A stretch of 64,000 bases of DNA from Ruditapes philippinarum (GCF_026571515.1 NW_026864070.1:62001-126000); one strand, 5' to 3'. Positions 35,286 to 50,300 are shown, numbered from the stretch's first letter. Numbers and translations are program-made. The notes: a model not told the origin generated them from the letters alone.

Positions 35286-38200
35286 GACGAAATTTCCTTT
35301 TCAAATATATATTTTATATGTCAAATTTGAGCAGACTTTTATATGTAAAATGCTTATTCAGATAATAATTATGTACTAGACACACGGATGAGAAAACGTT
35401 GTTCAATGTTTCATACTTCATTTATTATTTTACTTTTTCCCGTCGGAGGAACAAGAGGCAATCTTCATAACATAAAATATCTCTTTTTCTCGAACCATAT
35501 TTTGAATGTGTAACACATCATATCTAATACTACAATTTGCATGTTTGAAAATTTGTAAAGAATTATACAGGCAAAACAACATTGAAAAAATATAATATTG
35601 TTTGAACCGAATACACAACTTTGCGAGTACAATAAAATATTTTGAGAAATTCTAGATCCTGAGTTGCAATAACATATAATAATACTTAAAATACTGAATA
35701 AATGAGGTTTAGAAGTTTTGAAAGATTTTGATTGTTGTATTCTTTGTGCCATCCAGTTAAGGATCTCAACAAAAGAGATTGGAATATTTGTTTGGCCAGT
35801 GCTACAGTACGTGAAAGTTTTTACACTTTCAAACTGAGTATAGCCTAGTCTTCAATTTTATAGCTAGTATTTGTTTATGCTTTCAAGACAAAGGTCTATG
35901 TTCTCCATCATATAGTGCAATAAGTGTTTTGACATAATCGGAATCGTTTTTGACGTCGTTTCTGGCATCAAATGAATCGAATTGATCTTTATCAATTTTC
36001 GAAATCAACTCATGTTTAATGCCGTTTATCATACAACTGCAGGTGTCAATGATTTGTGGCAGTTGTAAAATGTTGCCCTGTATTTCTCTCCAGTATAGTT
36101 ATATTTTTGATATTTTGATAATTCATTCTAATACTTCACCGTGTTGCTGTTTGATAACGTTAATACAGGTGCCACGGAACCTAAGTGACGTTACACTTTA
36201 CTTTATCTCTTATGAACAAATTCCAGTACCGTCCATGAACAGACATAATGAAAAAATGATGAACAAAATGAACGCAATCCCCAAATGACCCAGCAACAAA
36301 GGACTATCGGCAAGGAGCCAAGCAGGAACCCCAACAAAAAAACAGGGTAGAGCACAAGGCAAACTTAGCCTGCATTGTTTTAAATTTTGCCGTGTTTGCC
36401 GTTCTTCGGGGATTATGTTTTCCTCTGTTTCATACAATTTCCGATACATCCCGTGTAAAGCTATCTTTTTACCATGGACATTCACCCTCGACATTATAAT
36501 AGCTCAAATGTTTTATTCTCTGTCTGTTTGTTTGTTGTTTTTTGTTTGTTTTGTTTTTTTTGGTGGGGTGGGGTAATTTTAAGTCAACTGTCCTTAACGA
36601 ATAACTATTTTGCAATAAAGGATATGAATATTTTAATAAAATATATTAAATCATACATATATGCACAGTGCGTGTGCTGGAATACAGATATAGTTACCCG
36701 CACTCCAGAGCATTGGCCCATTTTTTCTGAGGTATACTTATTTGACAACAGAGAAAAGGATAGCGATAGAAATATCGTATTCAAAACCTCGTTCATTGGT
36801 TTCTTTTTCTCGGGTTTCAACATTATTGTGACAACATGAAACGTGTTCTACTTTTTGCCTATGAAATAAAAGAGAAAAACATCAAAACACTAAGGAACAA
36901 ATCAGATAGCCTCGTGTTTCGATGCTCTTTCTATTATATAACGTTTTCGAGGGCGTTTTGTTATGTCTCACAATACTTTATTTTGATGGTAATATAACAT
37001 ACAGAAGGTCATTGTTAAATCTGCATTACACACATTATGTGAAATGACGTGTATTTTGACTAAATTCTTCAATCAGAGTAATAGTTTACATATAGTAATT
37101 ACAAAAGCAAAAACAAGTACAATCACATTTTTAAGTCTTAATCCTACACATGCCATTTAAATTTTGAATATGTTCAATACAGAGATAGAGTTAGCTTTTT
37201 TTTACATTATATCAGTTTTAGTTTTGTTTTGCCAAGCACATTGGGTTACGAGTATATGAGCTTATAAACACGAGGTGTTAAATTGTACATACAGCATACC
37301 CTTAATTTAATGATAACGAAAAGCGTTTGTAGGTAATTATAAAGAAGAAAACATATACAATTAACTTAATGATAACGAAAACTGAATGTAGTTAATTTGA
37401 AGGACATCTTTACCTTTCTAAAGATGAACGTTTTTCATAATTTATATAGTACAATCAAGATTTTATCGCCATTTTTATAACATAAACTTATTGAAACATA
37501 ATCATACGGCTTTACTATACTATTACATTTTATTTCTCTTCTCCTTGTCTATTATTTATATCTGTCACTCAAAGTTACTATAGTTCATTAAAAAATATTG
37601 TTAACCCTTGACCTGCTGAATATTTGTAAAATACTTATTCCGGTTCCAAGTCAATATTGGAACTGAGCCTGGTCAGACTGCACGGATGTGCATGTTAGTC
37701 TAAATCTATACTGGTGACAAAGGGTTATCATTTTCAGTTCCAACAGGGAACACGTTAAGCATGTCTTATAAAATGTTATTATATGATGTTCAGTTATGTT
37801 CACCCTACTCAGTAGTTTGTAACGCTATTGAATGACAGTGTACATATATTTTTTGTGTTTGTTTTTTGTCTGATAATTTCTCGTTTATAAATTTAGTGAA
37901 TTGTTTGGAAAAATAAGATGTTTTGTTACATATGATATACTATACATAAGTACAAGTTTGTTAGAAAAAAGGTGAAAATTGGAGAAACACCAATTACCTT
38001 AGTATTTCCGTGTTTGGCTTTCTTTAATGATTCTGTTTTTCTCTATATTATTTTGTTGGTAGAAATTATGGCCATTTAAAGCATTGTGAATTAAAAGTTA
38101 ATTTATAAAGCATTCCTGATCATTTATACAATCTATACATATTTAAAAGAAGTACCGGAAGCAACAGAAGGTATCACACTACCTATTGCAGTATATTCAA

Positions 38201-38568
38201 ACCACATTTATTGCATTGAGATTCTTTGCGTATATCACAGTTTTTTTTCCAAAAGAATTCAGCAAACAAATATTGGTAGATAAGCAAACTAAAATTGATA
38301 GATAACTATAAATTAAAGATTGTTAAAATAATGAAAAAGTTCCGAGAAAATAGTTAAACTAATGCTATATGTAGACATTTATTAAAGATCTACTGGTAAG
38401 TATTTGTGACCCGCATTGGCCAGCCTGTGTTGAAGTGTAAAATGCATCTTTTATTTCCTCATTATTTGGAGATCAAACATTTTGGAATATTATGAATGAA
38501 GATAACTCTATGATTCATTCTACAAACTAGAGTGACACACTTTCAGAGTTTGTTATATTTCATTGCAG

Positions 38569-38711
38569 TCGAAATGTTAGCAGACATGCAGAGCGTTGAT
38601 TTCCGTGAATATATAAAACATCTCTCCAGTGACAAATATGGAGTGGACTTAAAAGAACGTAAAAATGATGACACACCAGTTGCTTCGTTTAGAAAACTAA
38701 ATATAGACTGA
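38569..38711 (+). pseudogene. Isolated terminal exon of the plus-strand CRAL-TRIO gene (unit-2 duplicate)
   Basis: TTGCAG|TC-EMLADMQSVDFREYIKHLSSDKYGVDLKERKNDDTPVASFRKLNID-TGA is an open frame. The preceding exon is missing because ~385 bp are absent at ~37950. Confidence 0.75.
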
Positions 38712-40486
38712 CAAGATCTTACATGTGACATTCGTGCAGTTTCGTTACAAGTATTTAAATGGGATTATTTGCATTGCGTATTTTATACATATATTAGTAT
38801 TTGACAACGTTACAATTGATTATGTATAATGAAAAGTAACGTATGTCAATAAGACTGAAAACGTAACATAATGCTTAAACAATATAAGAGGCTCGAAATG
38901 TTGCAGGGGTTTAATAAGCTACATGAGATTCAAAACGTTACCAGTGGTGACAAAAATGATCATGTCGTTAACTTTTTTGTTCATTATTTCTTATGTGCAG
39001 GTAAAAGATTCCACGATGCAAAATATATGTTTATTTTTATGCAACTTTCTTCTGATTTTAATAATTTCGTTTATTACGAATCCTACTTTTCATCTGAACA
39101 TCTATATATTTTTATTAGGACATATAGTGAACTTTTATTAAGATTTAAGTTACCGGTTAAATGTATCCAATGGATTCTTTTGCATTTCATTAGATAGGTT
39201 AAGACATAAAATCCTTCAATTTTCAGATAGCCTTTTGATGCTTTGGTGTCTATGAATGTCTATGTGCTCCTAGTTTGTCCACTTCAACATTCATTTGATT
39301 GTAAAGAATTTTTACAATCCCCAAAAATTATACACCTTTTATTGTTTGGTTATAAAAATCTCCTGCGATCTATGCTATAATTTAGCTTTGTTTGTATCAA
39401 ACTGTGGCCTATTGTCAGACGCTAGCATTTATTTTCCCATAGACTTACTTTATGAGAGATGGTCACTTATCCTACCTTAAATTTGAGTTTTCCTGCTGAA
39501 GAAGTGATTTTTCTAGGAGAATGAAATGCCTGACACATAAAAATGACGTCAGACGCTCGCATTGATCATATTATATAGGAGTATTCAACCAAATTTGTTT
39601 GCAAAATAACTTCAAATAGCATTACCCACCTTTTAATTGAAATTTTCTGCTGATCACTGGACTGACATACACTGTTTATAAATGCAAATATCCAAGTTAC
39701 CAATTATCATAGAGACTTTTGCAATATTTCATTTTCTTAAGAAAACAATATAGTATTAGTTTCTTAATTAGTTTTCATACTAAAACATTCCATTTTCTTC
39801 CAATCACCTCATGTCCCACTGAATCTTACGGTTTCCCTTGCACTTGTTTCAGCCAATCGCTGGCGATGTTGCAATGCGAAAGTATGACCTGCATTGGGTG
39901 TTTTATTGTTTGTAAGTGTATAAAGCTGTATCTTATGAAATATTGCTATAAAATTATTCAACAGTAAAATTATATTGCTGAATCTTATGGTCGATTCTCG
40001 AAAGAGTTGTAACATGGAAAATGTGCATGAATATTTTACTTGAACAGAATAAATTCTTCTTGAATATAATATCATTTTCCTATTTAAAGTAGGGTTTTAT
40101 CCTTTAAGTAAATATTTTTACAAGCATTTTGAAAACATTCTTTATTAAAATTTCAAACAATACTTTTTGCAGTAGATGTATAGCTTCAAACACTTTAAGT
40201 CAACTATAAATAAACTGATATATAAAGAATATTCTAGGTTTAATGATACCGAACATTGTGTGTAGTATATTTTAAGGACATCTTTACTTATTAAAGCATA
40301 TCTATATATAATGGTTAACATTTGCATACTTTATATACAATCAAGATATTATCGTTAGTTTTATAACATATCATTATTGAAACATAATCATGCCGCTTTA
40401 CTATACCGTCTATTATTTATATGTACCACTCACAATTACTGTGGTTTATTTTTTTAAAACATTGTTAACCATTGGCCTTATAAATA

Positions 40487-40705
40487 TGAGCCGCGTCACG
40501 ACAAAACCAACATAATGGGTTTGCGACCAGCATGGATCCGCGCAGTCTGATCAGGATCCATGCTGTTCGCTATCAGTTTCTGTACTTGTAATAGGGTTGG
40601 TAAGCGAACAGCATGAATCCTGATCAGACTGCGCTGATGCGCAGGCTGGTCTGGACCCATACTGGTTGCAAACCCATTATGTTGGTTTTGTCGTGACGTG
40701 GCTCA
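40487..40705. mobile_element. Palindromic MITE, same family as 2296-2532, opposite orientation
   Basis: TGAGCCGCGTCACGACAAAACCAACATAATGGG…CCCATTATGTTGGTTTTGTCGTGACGTGGCTCA. Confidence 0.9.
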
Positions 40706-41134
40706 ATTATGTGTTAAAGACTATTCAGATTCTAATCTAATATTGGAACAAAGCCTGGTAAAATTGCACTAATGTGGCATGTTAGTCTGGATCCATACTA
40801 GTGACAAAGGCTTTACATTTTCAGTCCTAACAGGGTACATGTTAAGAATGTCTTAAAAATTGTAATTATATGGTGTTCAGTTATGTTCAACCTACTCAGT
40901 AGTTTGTGACGATAAGGAATGACAATGTACATATATTTTGTATTTGTTTTTCATTCGTGTAGCATATCAGATTCAAAACTATGGTCATGCTTGTGTAAAA
41001 TTGGATCTGTAACCGTTCACAGGAAAAAGGAAATATTTTTATGATGACAAAAAGTTCACCCAGTAGGCACTCGGGTTACGTATTATTTACCAAACGTTTA
41101 ATAGTGTTGAATTCACGAATAAGAAATTGAAATT

Positions 41135-41160
41135 TATTTATCTATTTACTTGTTTGTTTG

Positions 41161-41196
<36 letters not shown>

Positions 41197-41290
41197 TTTG
41201 CTTATTTATTTATTTATTTATTCATTTATTTAATTATTTACTAGTTTGTTTGATTATTCATCTAATAGTATTTATTTATTAATTTATTTG
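41135..41290. repeat. (ATTT)n microsatellite
   Basis: Imperfect ATTT run. A shorter counterpart lies at 15520-15570. Confidence 0.85.
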
Positions 41291-42156
41291 CAAATTAAGG
41301 TCATACTCAGTATACAATCAACAATCATTTATGATAAGTCTATCTATCTAAACAGCACACACTTTCATTCAGCTTAGAAATACAAAAGATTGTGCAAAAG
41401 CAATAATTTTTTTATTAATGTTTTATCTCTTTTTATTACATTTTTTTGCATTTCTTTTGAAAAGTACAAGTAGTTTTAACTGCTCCAAAATGTAAAAAAA
41501 ACATTTTTGTTTATCTGCAAATGAAGTTAATTATAAAGAAGCATTTTTTTAGATTTAAAACAAAATATCGGTGGAGTGTTTGACCTTAAAAATCAAGTAT
41601 GCCGTATTTTGTTTTGGTAATACAACACTTTGTTTCAGTATATTGGTTGTTATCAGCGTGAATTATTTGGATGATGTGCGTTCCTAGATCAGTTGGTATT
41701 AGACTTCAGGTTTTCCATTAATTTATATATTCTTTAATTTCATACATATATAAAACAGGAAGTCTACTCCTATTTCTACAAATAGTTACTCTGGAATTTT
41801 CAGGCACGTAACGCTTATTCTTTTAAGATTAAACAAAAGATATTCATTCCGCAAGTTTGAAACACAAAACGGATTATAAAATTGATGTTTTTTTCCAGTT
41901 TATTTGATCATTTAACTCATCTCTCATCACATGCAAGTATTTTTAAAAACTTTTACTTTTTTCTCATTATTATAACATTCAATGTAAATTATTTACTATA
42001 GACTGTTAATAACAATTGTCATATATATGATTAAACTATTTAAGGTACCAAAGGATGCACCAGCTTTTCATCATTTGAAAAATATATCTCGAACCCGGTG
42101 ATTTGAACAATACAATTGATTGAAACTGAAATAAACAAAAATGAAGAGTATTTTTA

Positions 42157-42445
42157 TGGGGCGTCCATGTCCGATAGAAAAGCACATGAGGTCTTTCTAA
42201 ACCAGTAAAGCTGATTAGGCTCGTTGACTTCGAACCACTTGCCCTTCACCTCTGGGTTCCAATTTTGCTATCAAACTAGCATATGGAACGTCTGTAGCTC
42301 TACTCAGGTGTCCGTTTGTGCTTGAGATAATGTACAGAGGACCACATGACGTGTTCTTCAAACAGTAAAGCTGAAAAGTTGCCATATGATATTTATAAAG
42401 TGTCGGTATGACTTAAACACAACAACAACAACAACAACAACAAAA
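42157..42445 (+). mobile_element. tRNA-derived SINE upstream of copy B'
   Basis: Duplicate of 16449-16740 with a (CAA)n tail. Confidence 0.65.
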
Positions 42446-42489
42446 CATATTCATTTTAACAATTCTGCTGTTTTTATATTTTCAGAATT

Positions 42490-45400
42490 ATGTCTGTAAG
42501 ACGATTTTCCTTTTTTCTATATATGCTTTGTCCGTTCATCGTTCAAGCTGTAACTAAAAATGTCACGTGTCCTGCCTCATGTGAATGCGACACTTTCTTT
42601 GGAATGAAGGAAGTAGATTGTGCTAACCTCACTGATATTCCGTCAAATATTCCCGAAAACACCAATTGGCTAGATTTAAGCGGGTGTAATATATCCCACA
42701 TTCATATTCAACCTCTGGAAAAGCTCTTCAAATTACAAATCTTCACCTTTCAGGAAATAAATACAAATGAAGAGAATTACAATCTTACGGCCCTGGACTT
42801 GCCACTTCTGAATGAAATAGTCGTCGATGGCGGCGTTTCTACTTCTATCCCACAACTGTTACCATCTTATATTGGTGCGCTTAGTGTAGCATATAACAAT
42901 CTAGGAACTCTAAAGTCTGGAAGCTTTAGGAACTACCCAAACTTAGAAACGTTAAGTTTGTGGGACTGTATGTTAACGGAATTAGAAGCTGGTGTGTTGG
43001 ATGATATTCCTTCTCTTTCCTCACTTGAGTTCAATAGCAACAATCTAAACGAAGACAGTTTTCCTTTGGACGTATTCAAGAAAAACCAAGCACTTGACTC
43101 TGTTTCATTTTTTGATAATGAATTGAAACACGTAGTGTCCAATCTTCCAAGTTCTGTTACAAGTGTCGATTACAGCGACAATGCCATTTTTGAGCTTAGA
43201 GCTTATGACTTCAAATCTACGCCGAATCTGATATACTTGTATCTTCAACAAAATATGGTATGAAAATTACTGTTCATGTGAAAATGTCGTCATTGTTATA
43301 TATATATACTTATATATAAAACCATGCATATAATTCTTTCAAAAGAATTGCAAAACAAACAAAAACACATAGAAAGCATAAATAAACATAGCGATATCTG
43401 TCTTTTTCTTACTACACTCATGTTTTGGCAATTATTAAATCACAAAATGTCACGTTTAGTCATTTGATTACTAGATTTTACAAGAACGATATTTTTACAA
43501 AGGAGTATTAGTAAATGTAAACGACCATGAAGTTATTACATTTATTAAAATTTCCTTAGCTCATACCAAGGTATCCACAAACAACAGTCTACAAATGTTT
43601 ATACCAGTGTTGAATATAAATATTACAACGTTTATTTCAGATCACAAATGTTGAAGACTTTGCTTTTGATGGGTTAGACAAACAAATTTCGTTGGATATG
43701 AGTTACAATAACATCAATAAATTAAGCAGAAACACATTAGCTGGGTTAACAGGAGTCTATGAATTACATATGAGTGGTAATAACATCAGTGTCGTAGATA
43801 AAAATGCATTTAGACAACTCGTCTCTGTAAATGATCTCAAACTAGATCAAAACAAGGTAAATATTACAAAGACTCCTCTTGATGAAACTTATTTCTTTTT
43901 ATAGCTTCAAATACACGAAATAACCAATATATAAATAACAACAACACGTAAACATCAAAATATTGGTTGGGTTACCATGGCAGAGTTATGCCCCTTTTAC
44001 TTTGAAAATAATATGAAATTTTCAGTTTCCGTCCATTATCTCCCCAACGGTACAACACATTCAACTCAAACTTGACAAATGGATATGTCATGAGAATTCG
44101 AATTTGGTCATGGTTTGATGATTTTTGGCAGAGTTATGCCCCTTTTACTTTGAAAATAATATGAAATTTTCAGTTTCCGTTCATTATCTCCCCAACGGTA
44201 CAACACATTCAACTCAAACTTGACATATGGATATGTCATGATAAAATACAGGTCAAGTACGATTTTGGTTATGGTTCAATGATTTTTTGCAGAGTAATGT
44301 CCCTTTTACTTTGAAAATAATGTGAAATTTTCAGTTTCTGTTCATTATCCCCAATAGTGTTACATATTCAACTCAAATTTGACATATGGATATGTCAAAG
44401 GAATGCGCAGGTCAAGTTGGAATTTGGTCATGGTTCGATGATTTTTGGTAGAGTTATGTCCCTTTCACTTTGAAAATAATTTGAAATTTTCAGTTTCCAT
44501 TCGTTATCTCCTCTAGGGTATTACACATTCAACTCAGATTTGACATATGGATACGTCAAAGGAATGCACAGGTCAAGTTTGAATTTTGTCATTATTCAAT
44601 GATTTTTTTGCAGAGTTATGCCCCTTTAACTTTGAAAGAAAAGAAATTTTCAGTTCCCTTTCATTATCTCCCCAACATATTCAACTCAAATTAAAGATAT
44701 GGATATGTCATAAGAATGCATTGGTCAATTTCGAATTTAATCATGGTTTGATGATAGCTGGCAGACTTATCTCTCTTGAACTTTGAATTTTAAGTTTACG
44801 TTCATTATCTCCCCAATGGTTGTACACATTCAACTTAAATTTCACATATAGATACATCTTAGGAATAAGCAGTTCAAGTTTGAATTTGGTCGTGGTTCAA
44901 TGATTTTGGACAAACTTATCTTTCTTGAATGTTGGAAAAATTTTGAATTTTCAGTTTCAGCACTCATACTTTTGTGGAAATGTATGTGGCCATTATTTTG
45001 GCTACAAATATGCAATATGCAATTTACAAAAGGTTAAGACTGAATAATTTCAGTGCCTTTAACAGTGTATAACAATGGTTTATGTTAACATTGAATAGTT
45101 TTAAGGTCTTGGCATGATGACACATTTCTAGTTAATACTCTATTATACAAGATAATAACGAACAACATTTCATAATTCTATTTTTTGTCATGTTATTAAT
45201 AGAGTACATTTATTGTATCCACTATCCACAAAAAAGTAAGTAAAATATCATATTGATGCATACATATGTGTTTACTATCATTATTAAAATTTGAGTTGGT
45301 ACACTACTTTTATTCTAAGAGTAGTTTCGAAGTGAATATAAGTATTGATACAAAATCAAATCATATAGACCATACTATAATACCTGTTTCTAAACTCATG

Positions 45401-45939
45401 CATGTTCATTAATATTCTTATATCATTATACTATCAACTATTTGTCCTTCCGCATTTAATCATGAAGCAGAACAATCATATTTACATAATATTTTCAGAT
45501 TGTACAGTTGGAGGACTTTACCTTTCAAAGCATGGTCGATTTACAAAACCTGGACATGAGTTACAACAATTTATCTGCAGTTACTAATAATACTTTTGCC
45601 GGGTTAACCTCACTTTTGTGGTTCAACTTGTCATATAACTGGATAACAACCATTGCGCAAGATGCATTCAAATCACTCAAATCAAGCGACATTGACCTCA
45701 GTTTTAATAGGTTACAAAGTCTTCAGGTTGAGGTTTTCTCTCATCTTACAAGCACAGCTAATGTAAGACTAGCTGGCAACTTGTGGAATTGTGATTGTCA
45801 CCTAAGATGGTTGAGAGAAGCACTGGACAATGCCACTTATACCATTGAGCTTCCGTACACTCTCAAATGTGCAACACCAGTCAAGGTCGCAGGAAAATCT
45901 TTCATTGATCTTAAACCAAGCGATTTTGTGTGTATGTAG
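42490..45939 (+). CDS. Secreted LRR-only protein, copy B', intact full-length form (474 aa; exons 42490-43257, 43641-43856, 45499-45939)
   Basis: Exons of 768, 216 and 441 nt are all open, with phase-0 GT-AG introns. Signal peptide, LRRNT, ~16 LRR strands, LRRCT, and a stop right after the last Cys-Met. Confidence 0.88.
43980..44960. repeat. ~160-bp tandem array (~6.5 copies), Helentron/HINE-like internal repeats, in the last intron of B'
   Basis: Units begin CAGAGTTATGCCCCTTT at about 43981, 44129, 44290, 44450, 44610, 44762 and 44910. Absent from the other copies. Confidence 0.8.
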
Positions 45940-46560
45940 GACAAAATTTCATTATTCAAATAGATATTTTATATGTCAAATTTGAGCAGACTTTTATATG
46001 TAAAATGCTTAATCAGATAATAATTATGTACTAGACACACGGATGGGAAAACATTGTTCAATGTTTCATACGTCATTTATTATTTTACGCTTTCCGTCGG
46101 AGAGACAAGAGGCAATCTTCATAACGTAAAATATTTCTTTTTTCCGAACCACATTTTGAATGTGTAATACATCATATCAAATACTACAATTTGCATGTTT
46201 GAAAATTTGTAAAGAATTATACAGGCACAACAACATTGAAAAGATATAATAATTTTATAGCTAGTATTTGTTGATGCTTTCAAGACAAAGGTCTATGTTC
46301 TTCATCATATAGTGCAATAAGTGTTTTTGACATAATCTAATAGACTTTGACGTCGTTTCTGGCATCAAATGAATCGAATTGATTCTTATCAATTTTCGAA
46401 ATCGTCTCATGTTTAATGCCGTTTTTCATACAACTGCTGGTGTTAATGTTTTGTGGCACTTGTAAAAGTTGCCCCTTATTTCTCTCCAGTATAGTTATAT
46501 TTTTTATATTTTGATAATTCATTCTAATACTTCACTGTGTTGCTGTTTTGATAACGTTAA

Positions 46561-47354
46561 GGTAGTACACCCCTAATGCACATTCTCCACTTTGAAGAGT
46601 ATTTAAATAGGCTCGAATCACTGTCAAGTGTATTGAAACTGAGGGGTGTGGGTTCAAACCCCAGAAGGGGCAACTTTTTTTCTTTCTTTTTTTTCTTTTT
46701 AATATTTTTTATGAATTTCTCAGATCCCAAATGGAAGAAAAAAAGTGTTTAATTTTAATTATATAATTATTGTAGGTATTTATTTGCTAAAAAATGCCAA
46801 ATTTAATAGCAAATATGATACCAGATATTTTTAAAGTTTAATAAAATAAATACTACACGGTAAAAGTATTTTATATTTTGCCAGCCCAACCAATATACAT
46901 TAAAGAAGATTTAGGCAAACTTTGAAAACAGCCCCTTATTGTGGAAAACTTTTGGGATATTTCAAATAAGGCTTTTTACGTAGGGAAATGGTCAAATAAG
47001 TGTTTAAAGGGGGTGGGGTAGGGTTACAATTTTTTTTTACATATTTAAAACATTTCGTTTAGGAACAATCATTTTGCTCGTTTAATTTGCTACCTGAATG
47101 TCATTATTTGTTTCTTAACAATGAGCAATAGGAAAACATTTTTCATAACGATGTTATTACAGATTATTTAGAGTTTCCTCATTTCTGAAAAAAGCCCTTC
47201 TAATGGCAAAGTTTTAGTTCAGAAAAATTCCCATAACTCATAAACCACATGGTAAATATTGTTTAAATTTTGCATACAGGTGACATTTAGACATATAACT
47301 GTCCTATGATGTCAATTTTACATATTCTCATAGTGTCATTAGGGGTGTACTACC
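46561..47354. mobile_element. Non-autonomous TIR element with TTAA TSD (Kolobok-like), longer copy
   Basis: TTAA|GGTAGTACACCCCTAATG…CATTAGGGGTGTACTACC|TTAA. Same insertion site context as 10244-10827. Confidence 0.85.
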
Positions 47355-49019
47355 TTAATCCAGGTGCCACGGAACGTAAGTGACGCTACACTTTACTCTA
47401 TCTCTTAAGAACAAATTCCAGTACCGTCCATGAACAGACATAATAAAAAATGATGAACAAAATGAACGCAATCCCCACATGACCAAGCAACAAAGGACTA
47501 GCGGCAAGGAGCCAAGCAGAACCACCAATAAAACAGGGTAGAGCACAAGGCAAACTGAGCCTGCATTGTTTTAAATGTTGCCGTGTTTGCCGTTCTTCGG
47601 GGATTATGTTTTCCTCTGTTTCATACAATTTCCGATACATCCCGTGTAAAGCTATCTTTTTACCATGGACATTCACCCTCGACATTATAATAGCTCAAAT
47701 ATTTTTTCTTTGTCTGTTTGTTTGTTGTTGTTTTGTTGGGGGTTGTGGGGCGGGGTAATTTTAAGTCAACTGTCCTTAACGAATAACTATTTTACAATAA
47801 AGGATATGAATATTTTTATAAAATATAGTAAATCATACATATGGACAATGTGTTAGCTGGAATACGGATAAAGTTACCCGCACTCCAGAGCATTGGCACA
47901 TTTTTTCTGATGTTTACTTATTTGACAACAGATAAAAGGTTAGTAATAGAAATATCGTATTCAGAACCTCGTTCATTGGTTTCTTTTTCTCGGGTTTCAA
48001 CATTATTGTGACAACATGGAACGTGTTTTACTTTTTGCCTATGAAATAAAAGAGAAAAACATCAAAACACTGAGGAACAGATCAGATAGCCTCGAGTTTC
48101 GATGCTCTTTCTATTATATAACGTTTTCGAGGGCGTTTTGTTATGTCTCACAATACTTTATTTTGATGGTAATATAACATACAGAAGGTCATTGTTAAAT
48201 CTGCATTACACACATTATGTGAAATGACGTGTATTTTGACTACATTCTTCAGAGTAATAGTTTACATAAAGTTTTGACAACAGCTACAATAACTACAACC
48301 TCATTTTTTAAGTCAAGCCATTTAAAATATAAAAGAATCCATTCAATAATGAAATATGAGAGACTATGTCAAGATATATAATTATTAAATTTAATGATAA
48401 AGAAAATTGTGTGAAGTCATTTTTTAAGGACATCTTTACCTCTTTAATGGATAACGTTTTGCATAATATATATACAATCAAGACATTATCGCCGGTTTTA
48501 TAGCATATACTTATTGAAACATAATTATACGGCTTTACTATACTGTTACATTTTATTTCTCTTCTCCCTGTCTATTATTTATATCTGTCACTCACGGTTA
48601 CTATGGTTCACTGAAATAAAAAAAAAATATTGTTAACCCTTGACCTGCTGAATATTTATACAAGAAGTCAATATTGGAACTGAGCCTGTTAACACTCACG
48701 ATATGCTTGCTAGTCTGATTCTATACTAGTGACAAAGGCTTAACATTTTCAGTTCCAACAAGGTATAGGTTAAGAATGTCTTCTGAAATGAACATAAGAC
48801 CTGTTCAATGTTTGTAACGATATTGAATGACAGTTTTTTTGTGTTTGTGTTTCATATATCAGGTTCAAACCTATGACTATGCTTGTGTAAAATAGCACAA
48901 CATGGAAATTATGTAATATATTGTACTAGTTTGGAAGGCAGAGCCAATTTTCACCTATTAGACACATGTTTTAATTAACACAATAATAGTGTTAGATTCA
49001 CGAATGATAAATAGAAATT

Positions 49020-49143
49020 TATTTATTATTTATTTATCTATTTACATTTTTATTAAAAAAGTTATGTATTTATTTATTAATTTATTTATATTAATTTATT
49101 CATTGATTCATTTATTTATTTATTTATTCATTCATTCATTCAT

Positions 49144-49178
<35 letters not shown>

Positions 49179-49210
49179 TTTGTAAATTGACATTCATTTA
49201 TTTATTTACT
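49020..49210. repeat. (ATTT/ATTC)n microsatellite
   Basis: Direct inspection. It explains the low-complexity ORF 48989-49300. Confidence 0.9.
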
Positions 49211-49981
49211 TTCATTCAGCTCAGAAATTATATACAAAAATATTTACGAATGCAATCTGTTTTGATCTCTTATCACATTTTTTACATTTGTTTTGGCTAG
49301 AACTTCAGAAAAGGTAGTTTTTAACCACTCCAAAATATTAGAAACATTTTATTTCATCTGCAACAGAAGTTAATTATAAACATATATTTTTTTTAGATTT
49401 TAAACAAAATAACGGCGGAGTGCATGAATTCCATATTTTGTTTTGGTAATAAAACACTTTGTTTTTGTATATAAGTTGTTATCAGCGTACATTATTTTGA
49501 TGATATGCGTTCTTAGATTCATTGGTATGAGGCTTCGGGTTTTTCGTTGACAAAGGTATAAATTGTTTAAGTTCATACATTAATAACCCGGCAAGTTTTC
49601 TCCTATTCATATAAATAGTTACGTTGGAATTTTCAGGCTTATTCTTTGAATGTCAAGCAAAAGGTTTTCATTCCGCAAGTTTGAAACACTAAACTGATAT
49701 AAAGTTGTTGTTTTAACTGTTTAGTGGATAATTCAACTACCAAAATTTAGCTAATCTATCACATGCAAGTATACTTTTTAACTATTTCTTTCTTTTTTTT
49801 ATTATTATAACAGTATTATTTGATTCAGACTATAAATGAAAAAGATCATAAGATATGTTACTTTAAAGGTAACACGGCTCTATACCACCTTTTCATCATT
49901 TGAAAAATATCTCTCGAAGCCGCTGACCTGAAAATTACAAATAGTTTGAAACTAAAACACACAAAAATGTAGACTATTTTA

Positions 49982-50242
49982 TGGGATGGGGATCCGTGGC
50001 CTAGAGTTAAAGATTGTTGTCTTCGAACCGCTGACCCCACACCTGTGGGTTCAAATCTTACCAGGGACTTCGGATTTTTTTATGTGAGGAAGCTATCCAG
50101 CTAGCTTATGGAACGTCGGTGGCTCTACTCGGGTGCCTGCTTATGCCTTAAATAATGTAAGGAGGGGCACATGATGTCTCCCTTAACCGGTAAAGCTGAA
50201 AAGTCGCCATATGTCCTTTAAAGTGTAGGTGTGACTTAAACC
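49982..50242 (+). mobile_element. tRNA-derived SINE upstream of copy C'
   Basis: Duplicate of 22942-23210. Confidence 0.75.
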
Positions 50243-50300
50243 ATTTAAAAAAAAATTTCATTTATTTTAACAAATTGTCTGTTTTTATCTTTTCAGAACT

